The translations under genes and the position numbers were made by a program. The notes under the pieces are model-generated. The model was not told the DNA's origin, made no database searches, and saw only the letters and a program-made list of their open reading frames with translations. DNA of 63,861 nt, filler included, from Hausera hauseri (lineage: Eukaryota), in assembly GCA_046269625.1 (NCBI GenBank). It is 11 parts of 11 records of this genome, joined end to end, with 100 filler letters (N's around TTAATTAATTAA, not from the genome) between each part and the next. Parts side by side here need not be neighbours in the genome. Positions count along the whole stretch, not along the records: positions 1 to 5,630 come from JBJURY010217632.1; positions 5,731 to 10,030 come from JBJURY010648552.1; positions 10,131 to 19,588 come from JBJURY010371037.1; 8 more parts are not named here. The stretch is one strand, 5' to 3'. This document shows, piece after piece, positions 1 through 11,154 of the stretch. The number at the start of each line of letters is the position of its first letter. Positions within the stretch are counted from its first letter, which is position 1.

Positions 1-1395
1 CAAACATAATGTTTTTTATCACCATTGTCTAGCAGGAGTAGATCCCTATGATCTTCCAATTCAGCATCACATATTTGCAAGGGGTAGAATTTGTCCTTCT
101 ACTCCAGTCCAAAGATATTTATGGACATGTTGTTGATGCGACTGAACTTCTTGATTTCATCTATGGATGGAGGGAATGTGATGCACTTAAAGTCGTAGTT
201 GTGTTGGAAATTATTGTGTAGCCAAATTCGATCTGCTGCATGTTTTTGATCCCGTACGAGTTTACATAAAACGGCATACATGAAACACTTGTTGTCATTA
301 TTATGGATATTGATTCAAGCATTTTTCTGCCGAATCCATTCCGGAAGCTGTATATATGAACTGCCTCGCATGGGGAAGTATCTGTGTACATATACGAGCA
401 GTCTCTTGATGGTTGACAGAGTCCATCCACTCTTCTTATCCTGGCTCTCGCCGGCTTCACGGATCAGCTTCGCATGCTCTTCACGCAGCCAATCAGCTAT
501 ATTTGTGTTTTCCAATATGGGCCTATTTTTGGTCTTAAAGTCCCTATTGATTCTTCAGCATAGACATTGACGTATGTGGCCTCAAGTTTCATATTAACCT
601 TAATAGCCTTGAGCTCAGTCCTATTGTTCTGGAGGATCCCCTCTGTTTCTTCCTTTGCATATTCCAGGAACTCCTTAATGGTTCTTTGCCCAGCGGCATC
701 AATGACATATTTTCGGTCTTTTTTCTTTAATGCAACAGCATCAACTGGCCGCTGTCTTTGGCTTTTTGGCAGAGCCGCTACGCCTGTTAAGCCTGAGGCA
801 TCTGATGGACCTGATGGGCGTTTAAATCCTGAATCATCTGGCTGTACTGCGGACTGTAAAACTGGCCTATGCTCATTAATTATGATCTTCTTGGACTTTG
901 ATGCGAAGTCAGTCAGATGATGCTTGTGATCTTCATAGAACTGTATGTATTGTCTTCACATACAGTCGCATATCCTGGGCAAATATAATAGAGGGTCCTA
1001 TTGAATTTGTGACCATAATAGCTCCTCATAGTATTGTGATAATTCTCAGGGTTATGTATTGTACATGTGCAATACACATATGAACTGCACCTTTGGTTTT
1101 CTTTTGCCACGAAAGACGTTATTGGCATATTGGTAATGAATATTTGTTTTTTCGACTTGGCGAAGGAAATCAAGTGCTGTTTATGGACATTGTAAAATTC
1201 CTCGTACCCTGTCCTGCACACTACTTCACATGTAGGGCATATATAATACCCTGTTAAATATATGCCCAAAGTATTTCATCATAATACTATGGCAATTTGC
1301 CGGCTCATGGATTGAAGCCAAGCACTCTATGTAAAGTTTGCACATCTAAACAAAACAATTATTTGATAATGAGCACAAATAAGAAAACCTACCAT
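1..1395 (-). pseudogene. 5' part of Maverick/Polinton-type protein-primed DNA polymerase B (pPolB) gene with N-terminal tandem Cys/His modules; frameshifted and cut by the window start
   Basis: Fragments KSGWTLSTI...YFPMRGSSYIQLPEWIRQKNA and INNMSINIFG match the conserved N-terminal region of Polinton pPolB, and are collinear with the copies at 28721-31665 and 59930-63409, which carry the catalytic motifs. The reading frame is open from about 950 to about 550 and links the Cys/His module to the PolB region. Confidence 0.8.
1346..1392 (-). other. 47-nt spliceosomal intron directly after the pPolB start codon
   Basis: Minus strand reads ATG|GTAGGT...TTGTTTAG|ATG TGC AAA. Equivalent introns sit at 31619-31662 (ATG|GTGAGT...TTTAG) and 63362-63406. 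Confidence 0.7.
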
Positions 1396-1679
1396 TCGGG
1401 GAAGTGAATTTGGAAATAATGAAAAATATAGCTATGTCAACGTGCACTATCTAATTTTGATAATTGATGCAGTAAAACAAAACACATGTAAGGAAATAAT
1501 TTTAATGGCGGGGTAACTTTGGCACTACATATTGTTGCCAATATGTTGTGTTGTCAACATCATGCGTTTGTTTTAATGCATCAAATGCATGAACTTGTCA
1601 CGTAATTATGCCATCGTATTGCTTGTCAACATAATGCGTTTGTTTTAATGAATCAAATGATTTAAATATGTGGCGGCAC

Positions 1680-3052
1680 CATATTTGAATAGGTTTTCAT
1701 ATATTCGGAATCGATTAAAGCCATCGGATTCTTTGCATAGTGCATGCTTGACCTAGTTTTTGAGTTTGAATAGCTAAGTATTCGACTTGTAAGCTCGAAT
1801 TCGAATATCTGATGCCATATTCCCATTCGGCATACATGATTTCCTATCCAATCCGGCTATTAGATTTATCGAATTCCGCTTCACTAGGCTTCAAATGCAC
1901 ATTTTGCTTAATTAGAAATATTGATTTTATGCCTATATAGTACACTTTCATGGAATAATTTTTATGGAAAAAGGGGTTCTCATATACGAGGAATCGATTC
2001 CCGATGTTATATTTTTTGAATAGTTCGATATTCCATATTCGAGCCAAAAAATTATCGAATTTCGAGTTTTCGACTTGAGATTAGAGCTCGGCATAGTCGA
2101 TTTCCTATCTGTCCCCACTCAATGTTATACCGAATTTTGCTTCCTTAGGGCCTAAAAAACCTATTGAATGTATGACTATTTTTCACTTTGGATCGACATT
2201 AATCGACAAATAATAGATAAATTTAAATTCTAACTGCACATTCATATACCACACCATGTTTCCTTTCGAATTCACCCGGCCACATGTCCCAATTATCCAT
2301 ATTGGAATTATCGAACATTCGATATTTTTGATTTTTGCACACTTGCACACATGTTTTTGCACTGCACACCACATACCAAAGTGCATCCCGATGTGCTCTA
2401 TCCATTAGCACTTGACTTCGATCAATTCCATCAATCCTACGCTGCACAACTGCAAACGTGTGAAAAGTGAAAAAGTGTCCTGGCAACTGTATCCAAGAGC
2501 ACACCAATATCGAGTATTGCACTGATCGAAAGTACATCAAGTACTGCACCTGCCAGTATATGTGCCATATTGATATTATTGATTTAAAATTTATAGCGGA
2601 AAGGCCTGTGGCGGTTAGGTCCCACTTGCGAATTATTCGAAAACCAATCAACCAATTTAAATTCTATCTGCACAATCACATACGCATCATGTGTGCTACC
2701 GATTTCACCCGGTGCCGAGTGCTAATCATCAATATCGCATTTATCGGAAATACGATATTATTGATTTTTGCACACTTCCACATGTGCTGCACACCTTTTA
2801 TGTGCACGAAACTAGGCGCACTGATGTGCACTATCGATTAGCACTTTGTCACGATCGATTCGATCAGTACTGCACTGTGCAGCAATCGATTTGTCAAAAG
2901 TGCAAAAGTGACCCTAGCAACGGTGTCTAGCGGCACCGTTGCCTAGCACTTTTGGATCGATAGTGCTCCGGGTTCACTATCGATTGGCACATATGCAATA
3001 TCGATTCGCACACTCCCGGGGGTTTGGACCGAACCGCCATTTTCCTCCTACT
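1680..3052 (-). repeat. Putative Polinton terminal/subterminal region (TIR) built from diverged tandem repeats, ending in an AGTAGG terminus at 3052
   Basis: 1690-2200 is homologous to 31890-32519 and 63620-63861. There is a ~433-bp diverged duplication (TTCACCCGG at 2271 and 2704). The minus-strand end reads AGTAGGAGGAAAATGGCGG; Polinton termini begin with AG/AGT repeats. Confidence 0.55.
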
Positions 3053-5630
3053 TAATTTCAAAATTTATATCCAAATCTTGGTTCAGTGGCTTGTTTAACC
3101 TTCGTAATAATTGAGTTGTTTCATGTACTTGGATTGACCGGTCGATATTATTCTTCTTGTAAAGTTTGAATGTTTTTATTATTGATGCTATATTTTTGTA
3201 TAAAGAGTTGTCCCAAGTGTTTCCTTTTGCTATTTCATTACTTTTTATCGCATCACATGATTTTAACAGTAAAAATTTATCTTCTTCTGACATTTACTTG
3301 TAAGTTTTACCAAAATCCAATAGTATAGCATCTGTGTCTGGTTTGAATGTATTGTCCTCCTAAATAATATATCGATCTATTGCTATTCTGTTAAGTTCCA
3401 TTTGGACTTCCTCATCTTTAATCCAAGGTATACGTCTGGTTCGACTCTTGGCCATATACGACTTTTAACAGTTTCTTTTGTTGGGATAGTCGATGGTTCC
3501 TTCAGCAGTTGTAGTATATGAGGATTTTTTGACCATTGGTTCTTGGTCATTTCTACTTTGGGTATCATGTAGGTTTAAATGATCCTTTGGAGTGTTATAA
3601 TAGGAATTATACCTAAGAATTCTTCTCTACTGGTTTGTTTTTTGTTTTCCCATTGCTGTCTCGTGAATCGAATTAATTCAGTTAATTGTTCGACTGCATA
3701 TATTGCTAATACATATGATATGAAATTCACATATTTTGAGTAATCTTGTTCGCTTGAACTGACTGGTTGGGCAGGTCAGTTTACAATTGATCAGCATATT
3801 ACCAGGGTAGATAGAAGTATTGGATTTGGTCTACCATAGTATCTTTGGTTTTCCTGGTAATTAGGAGGGTTGATTCTTTGGCTGTCCTTTGATAGTATCT
3901 TACTACTCGGCAAAATTTATAAAATACTAGTACTATTACCGTGACTACAGTGTTACTGGCGAAACCAATTAGAAACATTAGCAGTAAAACTGATTTGTAA
4001 TCCACAACTGGTAGGGTAGGAATGAGTGCGTATTCATATTGGCTTGCTTCAGTTGAGGTTACACTGAGTGCTGACAAGGTAACATGTATTGCTAGTCGTT
4101 TGTAAATTCGTGGTGACTTGCCTGAAACATCATTATACTTTGGGGTAGTTCCTCATTTGCTGTTTCCATATGCAACATTAATTGTTCTCTTCTTACTGCT
4201 CTCCTTATTTCATAAGACCTTTTGATTAGTACTGTGATGTAACTGACTACTGCGAAAACGAATGAGATTAGTAACATTAGTGATATTATGTCCTTTATTT
4301 GATTGTATGCATACGCTTCTTTGTTACATGTTTTAGCTTTAACTATGGGTATTAGGCAACTTCCAATCATAAATCCACTGGTTGTTGGTAATATATATCG
4401 CCTAGTAGAATTGAATCGCTTATATCGATTGACTCTCTTGTTGAATAATATCATTGCTCCTATTATGAGATTAATTAAAAGTGTCAATATTACTGCAGAA
4501 ATAGTGTATTCCAGTATGGATATTGGAGAGAGTAATGGTTTGTTTACTGGTACTGAGATGTTGGTAATCATTTCTGCGTTAACTTTCTTAATTAAAAATG
4601 ATGGTATAAGTATTAATGTTGCTACAATAAAGGGTTTAGTTACAAATGTTATCCAATTATTGATTCTGTCTCGACAGATTGACTTTCTTTTTGCTATTAT
4701 TATTTCTCTTTCTAATTTAAAATTTTTGACTTTTTCGTTTGGTATCGGTAATGAACAAAATATTAAACGGTATCGGATAGCGTTTATTCGACCAGATAAT
4801 CCTTCTGCACTTACATTACAAAACGAGTATATGTTTTGGTAATCCTATTTAGAGAGTTCTTGATTTAAGCTTCGTTTCAAATATTTTTTCCATAGGATTT
4901 TAATTTCCTTTTCTTCTATTGCCTGTAATGCTTCTTCATCGAGTTTGTCTTTTAATTCTATGATTGTGTAAGCTGTAATACATGGGATTTAAATGTCACA
5001 TTTACATTGCTGTCTCAGTTCTAATCCAAACCATTCGTACAAAGTTAAGTAGTAATTAATTACACTGTACATTTCATGATCATCAATATAATCATTTATA
5101 CTAGGTAGTTCGTTCTCTATTTTTTTCTAATATGATTCATGGGTAAGGGAGCTCTATCGCCTCGGAGAAATCTTGTTAGGAAATTTCTTTAGGCTTTACT
5201 ACCTATAAACAAGGGTTCATAATCCATGCTGGATTCGATTACGAGCGTTTCGTCCGAATTGAAATCATGCCTTACATTCATTAAGTCAAGTGATCGTATT
5301 TTCTCTATTAGTTGTAGGATAGTTGACATTTGTAGTTCGTGCATAATTATTAGCTCATGTTTTTGATTTTCGAAGCGAATGAATATTATTCCACATCTAT
5401 AGTTTCAGGCTTTGGCTTATTCATGCATAGGGTTATACCATGAAAGCTTAAAACCAGATACATTCATGATTTCGTCAAATATTCTCATTACTGAGTTATA
5501 GTTTATTCGCTCATTCTCGTAGCGTTTTCTAAAGGATCTACCTTCATGTAGTGTTACCTTTGAAAGTTGTCGTTGGAAACTGGTGATTAGTAGTGAGTTA
5601 TCCCTGATGAAATGAGTGTTATGATTATAT
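3053..5630 (-). pseudogene. Degraded unknown polyprotein-like region with three signal-peptide/TM cassettes, probably mobile-element derived
   Basis: Minus-strand ORF chain with motifs LIKKVNA|, IPIVKA| and STEA|, each followed by a hydrophobic helix and a basic cluster. It is truncated at 3053 by the putative Polinton end. Confidence 0.35.
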
Positions 5631-5730
5631 NNNNNNNNNNNNNNNNNNNNNNNNNNNNNNNNNNNNNNNNNNNNTTAATTAATTAANNNNNNNNNNNNNN
5701 NNNNNNNNNNNNNNNNNNNNNNNNNNNNNN
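5631..5730. other. Artificial contig spacer (one of ten identical spacers)
   Basis: N-run, TTAATTAATTAA (stops in all six frames), N-run; the same 100-nt structure occurs ten times. Confidence 0.99.
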
Positions 5731-6356
5731 GTACAGTGAATATTATCCAAATGAATTATTCGGGATGAATCTGTTTGATTCGGTCTTTTTCCGTGACTAT
5801 TTCAGTCTAAAATGCTTCATGGGCAATTGAAAATTTTGATGAAATCTATTTTGTTCTATGTCAGCTACTTTTACTTGATCACGTAACTCAGATATGCAGA
5901 ATGGGGGTACTTAACTGTAAAACGTATGTACAACATTCAACAAAACGCATTTCCAAACGGCATTATAGAAAGATAAATCACACATTTATCCATACAACAG
6001 AACCAAACGTTGAACTGCACAACAATATGCATACGTGTGTACGTTGATAAATCGAAACACACGTAGAAACTGCAGATCAGAAATTCATGGCAGTTGTCAA
6101 TGTAATGCAATAAATCTACTCATTACGTTGTTACATAAGATGGATGATAAGTTTGTGTATTTGGTGTCAAAATGGGGGAAACTACGTATGTCAAAAGTAC
6201 TGATAATACAAAAATTATTATCCACAACTCAGATATTTATGGATAAGAACATAAATAATTTACATATTTGATTTCGGAATGCAAAATGACCTTACTACAC
6301 AGAATTTCATCAATTGTTCCGTTTAGGAGTAAAATAGTGTATGACTATAGAAAATG

Positions 6357-6420
6357 TCTACAAAAATTCCGGAATCTAATGTCATATTTATGATGTATTG
6401 AATTCCGGAATTTTTGTAGA
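6357..6420. repeat. Inverted repeat/hairpin with 19-bp perfect arms
   Basis: TCTACAAAAATTCCGGAAT ... ATTCCGGAATTTTTGTAGA, with a partly paired interior. Confidence 0.85.
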
Positions 6421-6497
6421 TGAGAAATATTTATAATATTTAATAATATTTTGTACATTTTCATAGATGAAAATATGGACTTATTTTTAATTGATTT

Positions 6498-7557
6498 ATT
6501 ATGTTACATTTGTAAAATTGTGATGAGCAATTAATGGTTTACTTTTCAATTTATTGTTATGAATAACTATGCACATCAATGCTAACATTTTTACATACTT
6601 ATGATGTGGTGGTATAAATAAACAATTGCAATAGCAAATAACGAATTCGGTAGAGTTGAATTCGTTATTAGAAAATTTCTGGAATGCAATTTTAAATTCT
6701 AAAATTTTAATGTACGAAAATATTTTCATATCAAAAAATGAAATACGACGTATAAAATTACGTCAAAAATCAAACTAATTGAATCAGACTTTTTAATTGA
6801 GCTATCGATTAATTTGTTTAAAAATCTCAAATTCAAATATTTGTATTATTAACTGATCGTATATACGATACGTAATCCGTTTGCAGCAGACTCATCATAG
6901 TTCACATCACCATATTCTCACTGGAACAAAAATACATACGCAATACACACCAAGTCATATTTGACTACATTTCTCCAATGAAATTTTCATTTTGTTTGCT
7001 GGTCACCATTTGCTCATTTCTCATCGGTGATTCGGCTGATAACTGTAAATTATCCAAATGATAATATCTGAAAACATCAACAATGGGCTTATAGTACAGT
7101 TGGCAATGAGTACATCAAAGTTCAACAATGCATATTTTTCCGTCTGCATGAATGTGAACGAAATTGTGTGTGTGTGAAATCGAATTGTTGAGTTGAGTCA
7201 ATCTGATAGTTTGTAATGAAGTCTTAAATAGATATATTGAAATATCGATTTTTTTTTTAATTTCATTTTAATTTTGTCTTAGAATGTTTATGATGGTTGT
7301 AGTTGCGTGTTATGATTATACTGCAATATTGTGCTTTTCCCTGAGTGTTTTTATACGTAATTTAATGAAATACTGCATTGTTCTAATTAACATCATTGGA
7401 TTGTCAAATATTTGGATTTATTATGTAATATTTGTAAAATTGTGATGAGCAGTTAATGGTTTACATTTCAATTTATTGTTATGAATAACTATGCATATCA
7501 ATGCTAACATTTTTACATACTTATGATACGGTGGTATAAATAAACAATTGCAATAGC
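6498..7557. repeat. ~140-bp direct repeat (6498-6636 and 7419-7557)
   Basis: Near-identical TTTGTAAAATTGTGATGAGCA...ATAAATAAACAATTGCAATAGCA segments; this explains the twin shadow ORFs at 6499-6729 and 7421-7603. Confidence 0.85.
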
Positions 7558-9279
7558 ACACACGAAATGGTTTTACGTTAGAGGTTTGAAATGTTTCCAA
7601 CATTCTGACGACAACCGACTGCAGGCCAAATATGAGATGCGCATATTTGATTTTGACAGAACATTACGAGAATTTATGCACACTGGGGTGAAAGTTGACA
7701 AGATCAAAATTTTGTTAAATTGAAAATTTCTAATTGCGTTATTTTGGCTTGTATTATCAATCCTCATTAAATTTTCCGCATTACGAGGAAAAATCCTTTA
7801 AGTAGCGACGATAGAAAATGTACGTGATATCCTGGCATGAATTGTTTTAGCCACATGGGTTGAGGAATTATTTTGTTGAAATTCATTGTTGTATTCAAAC
7901 AAGTCAATAAATTGCAATGCAAATATTTATTTGAGTCTCACGAAATAGCATCCCGTACCGGTAACTTTGCCTCCCGAATGATTCTGTATTATGGAACATG
8001 GAAATGCGGCCTCATTATCCTTGGTATCCAGCATAATTAGCTGACGCTTTTAATCAATATGTTTGGTAGTTAAATTGTGCAAAATAATTCATCAAGTACC
8101 CCTTTATTCAAATTACGTCCTACGAGTTAAATTGCCATTAACTACTGTATGATAAACATGTTAATTAACACTTGATTGAAATAATAAACTTCATTTGTAA
8201 TGAACGCACAAAAAGAACTGTTAGCCCTCGCCCATTCTTGAACTAGTAGAGTTTGATCCATCCTCCAAGGCAGCCGCGTCTGTGACACTGTGGAAATTTT
8301 GTAGCAGCAACTTAGTGCACAATGTCAACTAAAAAGTCATATTTCACATTGGCACACACACATACACAGTAGATATTGTGCAGGATGGTCAAAAAATATT
8401 CGGATTGTCGTTTGTTTGAATTATATATTTTGACCATGTTGCCATTGATCTCAATAACATTGTTTCTATCATAGTACACAACATGTGCCGCTTCATGACA
8501 GTCACGCGATCAATGAAAAATACTTCAAACTACAAATGCTCACTTCGTTCGTCCAAAAGTGCCCTGAAATACGGATAAACGTGTTTCATTTTTACGAAAA
8601 CACGATTTTATTGGGTCACGTAACTGTCACTGAAGCGCGATATATCGTAGAGTGTATGTGTGAGTCATACACTATAATAAATGATCATATAATGCATTTG
8701 GAGTGAATGTACAATTTGCAAATATTGTATAAAAATGACAACTACTTGAATATTAAATCTCAATAAAACTGATTATTCACATTAGGCTGATCCTTATTTT
8801 CCAACATTCAAATTTTCAACCTCTCATCCTCTCAATCATGTCTCCATATGAAATGAAGAAAGTGTGCAAAATTTTATTGACATTAGTTGGCATTTAGGGT
8901 GTACTCAAACATTGTGAAACATTCCACTTTTTCTCGAAAACGTTATTTTTGTCACTAGACCTCAGACAGACAGTAGACAGTAAATTCAAACATAGTCACT
9001 ACAAATTATGATGTATGTTATGTTCATAAAACCGGCTTTCTTCCTTATGGTTAATGCCCATTTGTTTTTAGTACAAATTTTGTTTTCCTTTAACGTCAAT
9101 TATGGTATTTTTATATTGAACATCAGCCATATGCAGAAATCTACATTCGTCACATTTGATAGAATTTCCCTTTTCAATGAACTTACAATAAGTTTTTGTG
9201 TGCTTTTGCATCGCTTGATTGTCCTTTTGAACTTTTTTCTTTTTTTCAACCATTCACTTAAACTCTGAACGTTATTTGC

Positions 9280-9607
9280 CCTGTGTAGTGCTACTACTTT
9301 TAAGTTAATGTAGAGAATTTTGATAGTACAGCATGATTTCATTACTCAAAATTGATATTGGTAATAACCAAACTCCAGCAAGAATAATAGTTCCGGACAG
9401 TACGCAAGTGAACGTTGCAAATTGATATGCGCAATTTTCGGTTTTACTGACGAAATATTTATCACCGAATTGTCGAAATTTGAAACGAGTCATAATAATA
9501 TGAGCTGTGATGCAAAGCATGATAAAATTCAGAAGAACGGTTACGCATGTTCTTAAAATTTCGTGAAAATCCTCGGTTTCCGTAGCAATGAACTCTCCCA
9601 CGTACAT
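9280..9607 (-). pseudogene. LMBR1: LMBR1/lilipod-like membrane protein, N-terminal fragment (divergent exon or pseudogene)
   Basis: EDFHEILR..TM1..TRFK and GVWLLPISILSNEIMLYYQNS resemble the LMBR1 family segments FHxxVRE and GAVLLLPFSIISNEVLL. The frame breaks immediately afterwards, and I could not find the next exon. Confidence 0.6.
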
Positions 9608-11154
9608 TAAAATGCTTAGAAGTTCATTTATTAGATTTCGTCTATTAACATTTTAAATTGACTAATCTTAGAAATATTGTTATTAATTTTCGTTTTACAA
9701 AATGTTTCTACAATTATTTGACCAAAAGTGTACTTACAAATTTCGAGCCGTACACCAGTCTAATTTTATTATTTAAATTTAATTAAACGAAAGCTGTGAC
9801 ATGAGGCAGTTGTTGGGGGCTTCATGAACAGATGTTGTGTTAATATATTGTTTTAAACACTCGATAAATACTAATTGAAAGTTCATATTTTTTAAACGTT
9901 TACAATAAAATTTTATCTGGTTCAATCGTTTTTTTCTTTTGAAAATTTAATGGGAACCAACAAAGAAAAGTACCTTTATTTATTTCCGAAGTGTATCAGA
10001 TGCTCTGAATTATCAAAATACAAAAATACGNNNNNNNNNNNNNNNNNNNNNNNNNNNNNNNNNNNNNNNNNNNNTTAATTAATTAANNNNNNNNNNNNNN
10101 NNNNNNNNNNNNNNNNNNNNNNNNNNNNNNTCAATTCCTCTGTTAGAGTTTCCGCTGTTATTTTGTGGCTAAGGATTCCTTTCACCAGCTGTTCGATTTT
10201 GTTGAAGCAGGAGGCCGATTCGGCTCCATTCATTCTGTAGTTCAATGCCTCGACCAGATCTCCGCACAGCGTTATGGGTTTTGCAAAGGCTTTTCTCAAC
10301 CGATTTTGGTAACCTTTTACCATCTGGCTCACCAGCTGGTGTTTTTCCTGTTTTTTGTCCGCCAACAGGCACAGGACTGCGGTTTACCGATCCAACTCGG
10401 ACATCTTTAAGAAGTCGAAGTAACTGTCACATTTTCCAATAAAGGTTTCCACGTTGTTACTGTCGTTTGGATTGAATCCAACAGAAAAATGAAGTAGGCG
10501 ATAAAGCGATTGTATTGTTTTAAACTTTTTAAATTACAACTTGATTAATCTGTAAAAAATCAATTTTTATACAATGAAACATATATCCACATATATACAA
10601 ACGTCTATTACACTGGCAACTCCTCAAAGTTCACCGATGCAGCAGAAATCATGGATACAGTGAATACACTGTAAATTATACACTCAAAAAGCAGCAATGA
10701 ATTTTAAAAGAACGATTTAAAATTTGAAGTCATAGACAATGCTAGCATTATCTTTGAAGATCTGTCTCTTTGTAATTATAGTTTTATTCCAATATTCTCA
10801 TTGGCATCATCATCTGCCAAAACGATGATGGAAGAACAGCGACAAAACCCACGACATTGTTCTTTGTTGAGAGTTCTCTGCTTTTCTGCATTACTGGATA
10901 AAATCCATCTTTTCCTTTAAGTGAAATTTCAAAATCGACGACTGCTATATCCATTTGAGCAGCATGTGGTGAGGATACAAGTTGTTTGTCTGAAATTTTT
11001 TGTCGAATTTATTGCTTTTAATTGCTTTTCAAATCGTTCGAGCTAAATGGCGCTGTCAGAAATTACAGTTTTTGCCTCGCATAATCACATGGTGGGGAAA
11101 ATCCTCTTACCTATTCGAAAGCCTTAAACAGTGCAGCCACATCCCAGGAATTAC

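Noticed and set aside
2183-2930. Overlapping Cys/His-rich ORFs on both strands
   Set aside because: By-products of the GTGC/GCAC-rich diverged tandem repeat in the putative TIR.
5631-5730. Recurring TTAATTAATTAA palindrome within N runs, and ORFs ending in XXX-LIN
   Set aside because: Artificial concatenation linker; ORFs and gene neighbourhoods crossing it are artefacts.
10131-10440. Possible gag fragment at the contig start
   Set aside because: Coding-like and helical, but with no diagnostic motif.
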